Virus record (IMG/VR): IMGVR_UViG_3300005326_000089
Coordinates: 1 to 37,700 of that record
DNA from: a virus
Lineage: Duplodnaviria; Caudoviricetes
Reading direction: 5' to 3' (one strand)
DNA: 37,700 nucleotides
Shown: piece by piece, positions 25,320 through 33,556 of the stretch
How the letters are laid out: each line of letters opens with the position of its first letter
Position numbering within the stretch: the stretch's first letter is position 1
The notes under the pieces: model-generated
The model's database searches: none
Told to the model about the DNA's origin: nothing
What the model saw: the letters and a program-made list of their open reading frames with translations, nothing else
Translations under genes and position numbers: made by a program

Positions 25320-25868
25320 TTATGCGGTAAGCCGGAGGCCGGCGCGAACCAGATCCGCCACGAGCGCGTTTCCGGCTGCGACGGGGAGGTCACGGGGGGC
25401 CGCGACGGGTGCCGGGATGAGGTCCGCGAACTCGGGGAAAACCTCCCGCAACTTTTCGTCGGTGGTGCAAAAGTCAGCAACCGCGCGAACACGGGCGAGC
25501 AATGCGCGGCGCTCCTGCTTACGCTGTTTCCACGAGTCAAAGTGCGCGAACGCGGCTTCGTCCCTCGCGGCCTTCTGCTCGGGGTTCTCCGCGTCGGCTA
25601 TGTAGGTCGTTTGCAGCTGGTACGGTGCGCGGGAGTCAAATAGGGCTTTTTCCTCCTCGCTAAGGTACTTGAGGTTCGCGACGGTGCGGTCGACGAACCG
25701 CGGGTATTTCTCGGCGAACGCCCTTACCTCCGCGGGGAGGACACTTTCCGCCGCGCGGCGCACCGGGGAGGCAAATTCAGCTTGCCAGTCGAAGTCGGGA
25801 AGCGGGGGAAGCTTACGCCCCACCGCCGCGACAAACGCCTCCCGGCGCTCTTTGGTCAGTCTTGCCAT
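25320..25868 (-). CDS. Nmad5-like (nucleotide modification associated domain 5) protein
   Basis: RLTKERREAFV, LPAEV, AVADFCTT..KL...FPEF..LIP, LPV....LVADL..AG pattern. Confidence 0.65.
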   Translation of the reverse strand: MARLTKERREAFVAAVGRKLPPLPDFDWQAEFASPVRRAAESVLPAEVRAFAEKYPRFVDRTVANLKYLSEEEKALFDSRAPYQLQTTYIADAENPEQKAARDEAAFAHFDSWKQRKQERRALLARVRAVADFCTTDEKLREVFPEFADLIPAPVAAPRDLPVAAGNALVADLVRAGLRLTA

Positions 25869-26011
25869 TTTTCCAGCCTCGTTTCGTAGCGGCCGCACAG
25901 TCCGCAAAGGTACCGGCGGCCTTCCTTGTGGGAGACCCCGCGCACCGTCCGGCGGATTACGACCACTTTGTCGACGTACCACCAGACATGGGCGCACGGG
26001 GCGAGGGTCAC
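25856..26011 (-). CDS. Small Cys/His (Zn-ribbon-like) protein
   Basis: GTGA coupling to the SSB stop; C.HVW...C..CG. Confidence 0.55.
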   Translation of the reverse strand: MTLAPCAHVWWYVDKVVVIRRTVRGVSHKEGRRYLCGLCGRYETRLEKWQD

Positions 26012-26937
26012 GCTTGCATCATCCCATGTTGGATGAGCAGGGCGTCGGTCCAACCGGCCGCAACCATCGCCTCATACGTGGCGCCCTGCGCGGCGGGGAG
26101 CATGACGCGCGCGGGGGCGGCCGGCGGCGGCGGGGGCTGCAGGATGGCCGGGTTAGGGACGATCGGCGGCGCAACCGTGGCCGCCGCCACGACGGCCGGG
26201 GTCATCGCGGGGGGCGTCACCGCTGCAGCGGGCGTGGGCACGTACGGGGCGCCAACGGCCGGGACCGGCGAGCCGGCAGGCGGGGCGGGATTGAAAGGGG
26301 CGGAGACCGGCACCGCCGAGGCGCCAGCGGGCAGCGCACCGCCACCGAAACCAACGGCCGCCGCGTCCGGGCCGACCACGATCTCGGGGCCGTACGCGGA
26401 CAGGGCGACCATGCCGTGGTTAAGGAATACCCCGGGCTGCTGCAACGAGCCGTTACCGGACACACTGCCGAATACCTGGACGTAGTAGCCGAGCTTTACC
26501 GCGTTCTCCTCGAGCAGCTGCTGCGACCCGTCCGCGTTATAAATCTTGGGCGCGAAACCGGACGAGAACGCCAGGACCCAATTCCCCTTATAGCCTTCAC
26601 GATCGCACGGCTTTTTGCCCAAGCTGTTCGGGACCTGGCTATCCCCGTCCGTCACCTTCCAAGCGAAGGTCGGAGCGTTGCCCTGGCCTTGCGGGAAAGC
26701 GGCATGACCGGCGGCCCAAATCTTTTGGCCCCACGGGGTTTGCGACCAGTGCTGCTCCTGCCCCTTGGGGATGGCGAGGGCGAAGAAGAAGTCGACGCGG
26801 GGCTGGCCGGCCTGCGGGCCGGACTTGATTACCAGCGGGCGGCCCTCCGCGTCGGTCGTTTGGGCTTTGTACAGGGACCCGGCGACCAGACGGCCAACGG
26901 GGGTGAGTAGGTCGGTGCGGTCGGTGCGAGTTGCCAT
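26008..26937 (-). CDS. ssb: ssDNA-binding protein (DUF2815 / T7 gp2.5-like) with Pro/Ala linker and small C-terminal domain
   Basis: LTPVGRLV.GSL, FAWKVTDGDS, GYKGNWVL..SS, GYYVQV, PGVFLN; GGAG SD; sits in the PolA / Cas4-like module. Confidence 0.8.
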   Translation of the reverse strand: MATRTDRTDLLTPVGRLVAGSLYKAQTTDAEGRPLVIKSGPQAGQPRVDFFFALAIPKGQEQHWSQTPWGQKIWAAGHAAFPQGQGNAPTFAWKVTDGDSQVPNSLGKKPCDREGYKGNWVLAFSSGFAPKIYNADGSQQLLEENAVKLGYYVQVFGSVSGNGSLQQPGVFLNHGMVALSAYGPEIVVGPDAAAVGFGGGALPAGASAVPVSAPFNPAPPAGSPVPAVGAPYVPTPAAAVTPPAMTPAVVAAATVAPPIVPNPAILQPPPPPAAPARVMLPAAQGATYEAMVAAGWTDALLIQHGMMQA

Positions 26938-26972
26938 GAGTTTATGCTCCGGTGGTAAGTGGTACGACTACA

Positions 26973-27004
26973 AATTAACGACTATTGACGGGGGTGTCAA
27001 TAGT
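26973..27004 (-). promoter_or_regulatory. Sigma70-like promoter for ssb, overlapped by a 9-bp inverted repeat
   Basis: Minus strand TTGACA-17-TAATTT; ACTATTGAC-N6-GTCAATAGT at 26981-27004. Confidence 0.75.
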
Positions 27005-27163
27005 GCAGTTGACGCGGGTTTGTCCGGTTTGCCAGTAGCCGCGCTTCTGGCACGCTTCGACTACCGCGGAATCCCACGACCACGGCTTCGCGGCGAGCGT
27101 TCCGCCGAAAGCCACCGCGCCCACGAGGGCAAATATGACGGCAAAGCCTGCGAAGTCTTCCAT
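26975..27163 (-). CDS. Small membrane protein
   Basis: AGGAGG SD; MEDFAGFAVIFALVGAVAFGG TM segment. Confidence 0.65.
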   Translation of the reverse strand: MEDFAGFAVIFALVGAVAFGGTLAAKPWSWDSAVVEACQKRGYWQTGQTRVNCTIDTPVNSR

Positions 27164-27164
27164 G

Positions 27165-28262
27165 CTAGTTACCTCCTGAAAAGGTACGCCGAGCGAGCGA
27201 CCCGTCGTCCGGCACAAGCTTTGCGGCACCGCGCGGCCGCTCTGCGCAGCTGGCGACCACCGCATCGGGCATGCCGGCCTTGCGAGCCTGGCCCGGGGTG
27301 ATAGCGGCGGGGGGTTTGGCGAGGTCGACCCCCAGCATCGAGCCGAGCGCGATAACCTGCGGTGCTGGAACCGACCACCGCTCGCGCCCCGACCCCGCCT
27401 CGAGCCGGTACCCCGGCACGGGCGCCCCGCCCTTGAGGAGCGCGGTTACCTGCTCCTCGAGGCCCGTAACGCGCGCGGCGATGCGCTCCGCGGCGCGGTG
27501 CAGCAGGCGGAGCTCGAGCGCGGCATGCGCGGGCGAGAGTTCCACCGGGAGGCCGCCCACGAGGCCAACGTCGGCATGCGTGAGCGTGGTGTACTGCAGG
27601 GCCGCGCAAGCGTGGCGCCCGTCGCAGTCCTGGCAACCGGCCGAGACTTGCAGCATGTCGTCGGGGGCGTGCGCAGCCCCGCTCAAGATATTGATGAGCG
27701 GCCGGAGGTCCGAGGCCATGCACGACCACGTCCGCACCGGGCCGTCGCGGTGGTAGGCGCGGGGCTGCACGATGTGGAAATTAACGCGGGTATGTTGATC
27801 GGCCAGCCCGTCGACGCTCGCCGCGCGCAGGATGCCCGAGGCGTAGCACACGAGTTGATCGTTCTGGAACGGGTCGACCGGGCGGTGGCCGTACTTGAGG
27901 TCATAGACGTCGAGCACGCCAGGGGTGTAGCGGTAGGCGTCCGGGGTGCCCCAGCACTCGGGGTGGATATCGGGGCACGCGACCGGAGTCTCGAGCACCG
28001 CACCGGGCCCCACGAGGTCCGCCCACACTTCCGCGGCATCGAGCATTTCGTCATCGACCTCGACCCCGTTCGGCGCGATCGTCCCGGCCGCTACCGGGCG
28101 GCCTTGCGCTACCTCTGCGGCGGCCCAATGCGCGGCGGTGCCTTCCTCCGCCTCGGGGCCGGACGGCCGAGCGTAGCGGCGGGCCATCGCCCGAGACCCC
28201 GGGCAGCGCTTCCACACGTGCGCAGCGGAGGGGGCGTAGGCGGAATGCTGTCCGGGGGCCAC
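27165..28262 (-). CDS. DUF2800 / Cas4-like PD-(D/E)XK exonuclease
   Basis: HS..APSAA..W..CPGS, EEGTAAH, WGTPDA, VYDLKYG, N.QL.CYA, HIVQPR, C..C.....C. Confidence 0.88.
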   Translation of the reverse strand: MAPGQHSAYAPSAAHVWKRCPGSRAMARRYARPSGPEAEEGTAAHWAAAEVAQGRPVAAGTIAPNGVEVDDEMLDAAEVWADLVGPGAVLETPVACPDIHPECWGTPDAYRYTPGVLDVYDLKYGHRPVDPFQNDQLVCYASGILRAASVDGLADQHTRVNFHIVQPRAYHRDGPVRTWSCMASDLRPLINILSGAAHAPDDMLQVSAGCQDCDGRHACAALQYTTLTHADVGLVGGLPVELSPAHAALELRLLHRAAERIAARVTGLEEQVTALLKGGAPVPGYRLEAGSGRERWSVPAPQVIALGSMLGVDLAKPPAAITPGQARKAGMPDAVVASCAERPRGAAKLVPDDGSLARRTFSGGN

Positions 28263-28264
28263 GG

Positions 28265-29032
28265 TTACAGCCCCAGCATCGTGGCGACAGACGGCACGAG
28301 GTCGGGGCGCGCGGCGAGGGCCGGGAGCGTGGGGACGCCCACCGCCTGGCACGCCTCGAGGACTCCCGCCTGCGTGAGAGTGCCGGCCGCGATAGCCGCG
28401 CTCGCAGCAGTCAGCAGGGCGGCGAAGCTAGAAGGGCTCGCACCAATCGCACCACCAACGGGGGCCGCCGGAGCAGCGGGGGCGCCAGTCGGCGGGGGCG
28501 CAGGGACGGCCGCAACCGGCACAGTAGGGGCGGGCGGCACCGGGGCGGCGGGCGCACCCTGGGCGGCGCGCAGTTCGTTCTCGACTTGGGTGACGTACGC
28601 CGCGTCGGTCCCGCGCTTCTGACGCCACGACCCGTCCTGCAGTTTGGCGCGCGTGCTGGCGTGGATTCGGCCGTCCCACGGCAGGCCGCGGTTATCCAGC
28701 TCTACGCTACCGGCCGGGAGCGGGGGTGCGGGTGGCGCAACATTCGCGGGGGCTGACGGCAGCGGGACCACGTTCGTCGGTGCTTGAGAAAAAACCGTCG
28801 ACGCCTCGGGGGCAATCGGCGGCGCTTCGGCAACCGCAGTGCAGAGGACAACGGTTGCCGGCGGGGGCACCAAAGGGGCAGCGTGGGCCTCCTTGGTTTC
28901 GGTCGGGCCGGCAACCGTGATCGCGAGGGGGGTACCGGTTGCACCATCCGCCAGCGTTTGAAGCATGAGAATTACCGCGTTCGCCTCCTCGCGGGACAGG
29001 GCGGCCGGGTCCGAGATGCGGATTTCGAGCAT
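28265..29032 (-). CDS. Conserved replication-module protein (Pro/Ala-rich)
   Basis: LDNRGLPWDGRIHASTRAK..DGSWR.KRG core; GAGGA SD; first gene of the leftward operon. Confidence 0.7.
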   Translation of the reverse strand: MLEIRISDPAALSREEANAVILMLQTLADGATGTPLAITVAGPTETKEAHAAPLVPPPATVVLCTAVAEAPPIAPEASTVFSQAPTNVVPLPSAPANVAPPAPPLPAGSVELDNRGLPWDGRIHASTRAKLQDGSWRQKRGTDAAYVTQVENELRAAQGAPAAPVPPAPTVPVAAVPAPPPTGAPAAPAAPVGGAIGASPSSFAALLTAASAAIAAGTLTQAGVLEACQAVGVPTLPALAARPDLVPSVATMLGL

Positions 29033-29062
29033 CGTTTATTCCTCGTAGGTATTTCGTCGGGA

Positions 29063-29107
29063 TTGACGTGGCCGAATGTTGCCGCTTATTATTCGTCCCG
29101 TCAATAG
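29063..29107. promoter_or_regulatory. Overlapping divergent sigma70-like promoters
   Basis: Rightward TTGACG(29063)-18-TATTAT(29087); leftward TTGACG(29104-29099)-17-CAACAT(29081-29076); located exactly at the strand switch. Confidence 0.7.
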
Positions 29108-29122
29108 CGGAGGTCGAAAATT

Positions 29123-29647
29123 ATGGATGCCGGAAAATTTGTGGAACTGCTGCGTTTCGTATCCCATGCCGTCGACCAGGGCGAACGGCGCGAACCGTTG
29201 CGGGGCGTACTATTCGAGTTCCGGGCGCCCGATCGCCTGGTGCTCGTGGGGACGGACGGAGCACGATGCGCAATCGCTCGCGTGCAGCACCCCCACATGA
29301 TGCCGGATTGCGATCTGATCGTATCGAACGCAGCGGAAATTTGCGCGGCCTTTGAAGGAACGCCCGGGGAGGTGGTTTTCTTTGGGGACAGCGTAATGGA
29401 CATGACGGGCCGCAGCGTGAAATTAATCACGCTATTCGGCATTTATCCGGATTGGCGCAAGGCGGTCGATGTGCTCGGGCGGGAGACTCACGTAGCGGTG
29501 CAACCACGCTACGTGGCCGAGGCCGCAACGACGATGCCGGCGGGCCCGGTTGTTGCGCGGGCGGTGCGAGTCTCCGGCGGCCCCGCGCTCGAAATGCAGG
29601 CGGCGGACGACCGCGCGCGCGTCATTATCATGGCGGTGCGGCAGTGA
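29123..29647 (+). CDS. DNA polymerase III beta-clamp (DnaN) central-domain-like protein
   Basis: HAV...ERREPLRGVLFE....LVLVGTDGAR and GIYPDWRKAV match DnaN R..L.GV...VATDGHRL and G.YPDY.RV; GGAGG SD. Confidence 0.68.
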   Translation: MDAGKFVELLRFVSHAVDQGERREPLRGVLFEFRAPDRLVLVGTDGARCAIARVQHPHMMPDCDLIVSNAAEICAAFEGTPGEVVFFGDSVMDMTGRSVKLITLFGIYPDWRKAVDVLGRETHVAVQPRYVAEAATTMPAGPVVARAVRVSGGPALEMQAADDRARVIIMAVRQ

Positions 29648-31275
29648 CCCAGCTACGCCCGTACCAGGCGGAACTCAAGGACGCCACCTATCAGGCGTGG
29701 GCCGGGGGCGCCCGCAACGTCCTGGCGGTGCTGCCGACCGGCGGCGGGAAAACTGTCCTGTTCGCATCCGTCCTCGGCGAGCACCGCGGCCCCACTGTGG
29801 CTATCGCGCACCGGCAAGAGCTCGTCGGGCAGATAGCGCTCGCCTTGGCGCGGGAGCGGATCCGCCACAAGGTCATCGCCCCGGATGCGGTAATCCGCAA
29901 CATTGTTGCCGTGCAGATGATCGAGCTCGGCGCCTCCTACTATGACCCCGGCGCCCCGTGCGCGGTGGCTGGGGTGGATACGCTCATCCGGCGCAAAGAG
30001 GACCCGTGGACGCGCTCGGTCGGGATGTGGGTCATTGACGAGGGGCACCACGTTTTACGGGCGAACAAGTGGGGCAAGGCGGCGGAGCTATTCCCCAATG
30101 CGCGCGGCCTGCTGGTGACAGCGACGCCGGTGCGCGCGGACGGTAAGGGCCTCGGCCGGCATGCGGACGGGCTGGTCGACACGATGGTAGAAGGGCCGCA
30201 AATGCGGTGGCTGATCGACCACGGGTTCCTGACGGATTACCGCGTGTTCGCCCCACTCTCCGACGTCGACCTCCACAACGTGGCAGTAAGCAACGCGACG
30301 GGGGACTATAACGCGGCCCAGGTGCGGGCGGCCGTCCATAAATCCCACATCGTGGGGGACGTGGTGGCGCACTACCTACGCATCGCCCCCGGGCAGCGGG
30401 GGGTAACGTTCGCGGTCGACGTCGAGGCCGCGGCGGAGCAGTGCGCGGCATTTAACGCGGCGGGCGTCCCGGCGGAGCTGGTCACCGCAGAGACACCGGA
30501 CGCTATCCGGGTCCGCGCGGTGGGGCGCCTGCGGTCCGGGGAGCTCAAGCAACTGGTCAATGTGGACTTGTTCGGCGAGGGTTTTGACCTCCCGGCAATC
30601 GAGGTGGTGAGCATGGCGCGGCCGACCGCCAGCTACAGTCTGTTCGCCCAGCAGTTCGGCCGCGCGCTTCGCATCATGGAGGGCAAAGACCGCGCCATCA
30701 TCCTCGACCACGTCGGCAACGTCATCCGGCACGGGCTACCCGATCGGCCGCGCGTGTGGTCCCTGGACGCCCGAGAGCGGCGCGGGAGCAGCACCGGCCC
30801 GGCCGCTATCCCCGTGCGCGCCTGTCCGCAGTGCACGGGCGTCTATGAGCGCGTGCTGCTGGCGTGCCCCTACTGCGGCCACGCCCCGGAGCCGGTGGGC
30901 CGCTCGAGCCCCGAGCAAGTCGACGGGGACCTCCCGGAGCTATCCCCTGAGGTCCTGGCGGCCATGCGCGGCGAGGTCGAGCGCATCGACGGTGCCCCGG
31001 TGATTCCCCGCCACCTTGAGGGCCCCGCAGCTCGTGCGGTATTCAATCGCCACCTCGAGCGGCAGCAGGCGCAGGCCGCGCTGCGGGAGGCCATAGCACT
31101 GTGGGGCGGGTGGCGGACGGCCGCAGGCGAGAGCGTGCGAGAGGCGCAAAAGCGCTTTTACCTTGAGTACGGAGTCGACGTGCTGACGGCGCAAGCGCTC
31201 GGAGCGCGGGAGGCGGAAGAATTACGCGGTCGACTATTGACGGTCCCGGCAGTAGCGGGCAACATGCCGACCTAA
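29644..31275 (+). CDS. Superfamily 2 DEAD/DEAH helicase (RadD/YejH-like) with C-terminal Zn finger
   Basis: LRPYQ, LPTGGGKT, IDEGHH, TATP.RADG, EGFDLP, QQFGRALR, CPQC..CPYCG; GTGA coupling. Confidence 0.93.
   Translation: MTQLRPYQAELKDATYQAWAGGARNVLAVLPTGGGKTVLFASVLGEHRGPTVAIAHRQELVGQIALALARERIRHKVIAPDAVIRNIVAVQMIELGASYYDPGAPCAVAGVDTLIRRKEDPWTRSVGMWVIDEGHHVLRANKWGKAAELFPNARGLLVTATPVRADGKGLGRHADGLVDTMVEGPQMRWLIDHGFLTDYRVFAPLSDVDLHNVAVSNATGDYNAAQVRAAVHKSHIVGDVVAHYLRIAPGQRGVTFAVDVEAAAEQCAAFNAAGVPAELVTAETPDAIRVRAVGRLRSGELKQLVNVDLFGEGFDLPAIEVVSMARPTASYSLFAQQFGRALRIMEGKDRAIILDHVGNVIRHGLPDRPRVWSLDARERRGSSTGPAAIPVRACPQCTGVYERVLLACPYCGHAPEPVGRSSPEQVDGDLPELSPEVLAAMRGEVERIDGAPVIPRHLEGPAARAVFNRHLERQQAQAALREAIALWGGWRTAAGESVREAQKRFYLEYGVDVLTAQALGAREAEELRGRLLTVPAVAGNMPT
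31234..31265 (+). promoter_or_regulatory. Putative internal promoter CTATTGACG-17-CAACAT
   Basis: TTGACG 31237-31242 and CAACAT 31260-31265; same hexamers and spacing as the leftward promoter at 29076-29104. Confidence 0.6.
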
Positions 31276-31276
31276 T

Positions 31277-31477
31277 ATGAGACACCAACACACGTGCAAA
31301 CGGCAGGGCCCCCGCGGAGTAGCGACGGTCGTGCTCGTACAGAACGGTTACAAGCCGGGGACGCGAGAGCCCCACATGGTCGAGCACCGCACCGACTGGC
31401 TGCCGATCGCGTGCGGGTACCTCGCGCGAGCAACGGATAACGACTGCGGGCAATGCCCGAATAGGAGCAGGCAATGA
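31277..31477 (+). CDS. Small Cys-rich hypothetical protein
   Basis: 66 aa; ATGA coupling to the next gene; C..C near the C-terminus. Confidence 0.55.
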   Translation: MRHQHTCKRQGPRGVATVVLVQNGYKPGTREPHMVEHRTDWLPIACGYLARATDNDCGQCPNRSRQ

Positions 31478-31953
31478 TCGAATGGAACGGCGGCAAAATG
31501 CCGGTCGACGGCACGACGGCGGTACGGTTCCGGCTACGCAACGGGTGCGAGGGCCTGGCGCAAGCGGGGTGCCTGCGGTGGCAGCACGCGGAACCGGCGT
31601 CGCTCGCGGCCGACCGGGACCTCGTGGCGTACAAGGTAGCACCGTCGGGCCCGGTGGCCCCCGCGCCTCACCTCCAGCCCCCGACCGCAGCGGAGATCCT
31701 ACGGGCCGCCCTCGGCCACATGGAGGACCGGGCCGCCACCTACGACGCCCCGAGCGGCGAGCGCAGCGTTCCGGCGGTCGTGGCGGCGTTCGCTGCGGTG
31801 ACGGGGGTCAAGCTCACGCCAGAACAGGGATGGCTGTTCCTGGTGCTGCTCAAGGCGGTGCGCAGCCAGCAGGGCAGCTACCGCGCGGACAACTACGAGG
31901 ACCTCGCAGCGTACGCCGGACTCATGGGGGAGGCCGCGGCATGCTCGCGCTGA
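31474..31953 (+). CDS. DUF6378-like protein with an N-terminal small phage domain
   Basis: AAEIL..A..HMEDRA.TYD...GERS, GWLF..LLK.VR, DNYED..AYAGL; N-terminal IEWNGG.MPV...W.H...D.VAYK. Confidence 0.7.
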   Translation: MIEWNGGKMPVDGTTAVRFRLRNGCEGLAQAGCLRWQHAEPASLAADRDLVAYKVAPSGPVAPAPHLQPPTAAEILRAALGHMEDRAATYDAPSGERSVPAVVAAFAAVTGVKLTPEQGWLFLVLLKAVRSQQGSYRADNYEDLAAYAGLMGEAAACSR

Positions 31954-32414
31954 CCGCGTGGGCGGCCCGGTGGGGCATCCCGGCCGATGCGCTCGCCGAC
32001 CTGCAAGCGGTCATTACCACCGACCCGGGCGTAGCACCCAGCGTGGCCCGCAACGAGGCGGACGTGCAGGCGGCCATCCGGCTCGAGGCGTCCCGCAAGG
32101 GGCTGCGCCTGTGGCGTAACAATGTGGGCGTGCTGACGGACGACCGCGGGGTGCCGGTGCGCTACGGTCTCGCCAATGACTCCGCGGCGGTCAATGCGTC
32201 CATCAAGTCGGCGGACCTCATCGGCATCCGGCCGGTACTCATCACCTCCGCCCACGTGGGGGCCACGCTGGGGCAGTTTGTCTCCCGCGAGTGCAAGGCG
32301 CCCGGGTGGAAGTACCGCGGCGGCGAGCGGGAGGCGGCGCAATTGCGCTGGGCCGAGATCGTTACCGCGCTCGGCGGCGACGCGCGGTTTGCAGCCGGGG
32401 AGGGCACGCTATGA
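31941..32414 (+). CDS. VRR-NUC nuclease (resolvase-like)
   Basis: NEADVQ..IRL, LWRNNVG, RYGL, SADLIG, F..RECK, Q.RW...V...GG.A.F. Confidence 0.85.
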   Translation: MLALTAWAARWGIPADALADLQAVITTDPGVAPSVARNEADVQAAIRLEASRKGLRLWRNNVGVLTDDRGVPVRYGLANDSAAVNASIKSADLIGIRPVLITSAHVGATLGQFVSRECKAPGWKYRGGEREAAQLRWAEIVTALGGDARFAAGEGTL

Positions 32415-32809
32415 AGCGCACACGGCTGCAGCCCGACGTCCGGCGGGAGGCAATCCTATCGGCGGCCCTGAACCTGGCGGCCGCGCATGGCTACCGTCAA
32501 GTAAGCCGCGCGGCGATTGCAAAGGCTGCGGGGGTAAGCCCCGGCCTGGTCTCCACGTACCTCGGGTCGGTGCCTCGCATGCGGCGGGTTCTAATGCGGG
32601 CGGCCATCGAGCGGCGAAACCTTGCGATCGTTGCCCAGGGTCTTGCGCACGGAGACTCGGCCGCTACTGGCGCGGACAGGGACCTTAAGGCCGCGGCCCT
32701 GTCCGGCCTGCTTTGGGCGGAGGGACGCCAGGGTAGCCCAGCCGGCGACGCCGGGGATATGGGCCTCCCAAAATTCCCAGCCGTTCATGGGGCGGCCGGC
32801 GATGCGTAG
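32411..32809 (+). CDS. TetR-type HTH transcriptional regulator
   Basis: RREAILSAAL.LA...GY..VS..AIAKAAGVSPGLV..Y. Confidence 0.8.
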   Translation: MKRTRLQPDVRREAILSAALNLAAAHGYRQVSRAAIAKAAGVSPGLVSTYLGSVPRMRRVLMRAAIERRNLAIVAQGLAHGDSAATGADRDLKAAALSGLLWAEGRQGSPAGDAGDMGLPKFPAVHGAAGDA

Positions 32810-33064
32810 GGCGGCCGCGGACGGGGCGTCGAATTCCTCATCCTTGAACACGATGCGGCCGTTGCTGATCGTGGCCCACCAGGCGCGGCCGTTGTGCCAG
32901 GCGCGGAGGTCCGTCCCGTTCGGCAAATGCACGCCCATGCGGGACCACCCGGTCGGGGGCGGTGGTAGCGCTTCGAGAGCCTTGCGCAGGATTTCCTCGG
33001 GGTGAGCTCCGCGGGCGGACAGTTCCCTGACGAGGTCGTCCGGTAATTCGATTTTGGCGGACAT
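32591..33064 (-). CDS. RAMA-domain protein with an N-terminal RHH/CopG-like segment
   Basis: KIELPDDLVREL...EEILRKAL, then G.HLP.GT.LR...NG...ATI.NG.I......F..PSAAA..I.G..NGWEFW......W..L..LR; GGGAG SD. Confidence 0.68.
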   Translation of the reverse strand: MSAKIELPDDLVRELSARGAHPEEILRKALEALPPPPTGWSRMGVHLPNGTDLRAWHNGRAWWATISNGRIVFKDEEFDAPSAAALRIAGRPMNGWEFWEAHIPGVAGWATLASLRPKQAGQGRGLKVPVRASSGRVSVRKTLGNDRKVSPLDGRPH

Positions 33065-33154
33065 GGCGTTGTCTCCCCATAACAGATATTGACGTACTGC
33101 AATTCTGATATAGGTCAACACCGTTAATTTTTCACTATTTATAGGCGTAACGAA

Positions 33155-33556
33155 ATGTCACAAACGCGCAAATCGTCACTTATTGAGGCGGTAGTAAATA
33201 CCGCCGTCGGGTTTGGTATCTCGCTAATTTCACAATTGGCGATATTTAGCGCGTATGGGGTGACGCTGCCCTTGGCCGATAACGTCCTCATTACCTGCTG
33301 GTTCACGGTAATTAGCATCGCGCGCGGCTACCTGCTGCGGCGGTGGTTCAACGCAAGGGGGCGGGCACCGGTTGCGGCGGACTCCGGGTGGAAACCGCCG
33401 CACCGGAACCCGTCCGCACCGGCCGCGCGGTGGAGCGATCTACCGCCGCGCCCGTGCCCCCCTCCGCCCCGCGTCATCCTCGAGGGGCGCCGGGTACTCA
33501 CGCCCGACGAGGCCGCCGAGTGGGCGCGCGAGCGCTTCGACCGGGAGAGCGCGTAA
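33155..33556 (+). CDS. Membrane protein (DUF7220-like) with a Pro-rich C-terminal extension
   Basis: QTRKSSLIEAVVN.AVGF.IS, N.LIT.WFTVISIARGY.LRRWFN. Confidence 0.72.
   Translation: MSQTRKSSLIEAVVNTAVGFGISLISQLAIFSAYGVTLPLADNVLITCWFTVISIARGYLLRRWFNARGRAPVAADSGWKPPHRNPSAPAARWSDLPPRPCPPPPRVILEGRRVLTPDEAAEWARERFDRESA

Noticed and set aside
27165-28262. Cas4-like gene as evidence for CRISPR-Cas
   Set aside because: DUF2800-type nucleases are ordinary members of phage PolA-SSB replication modules.
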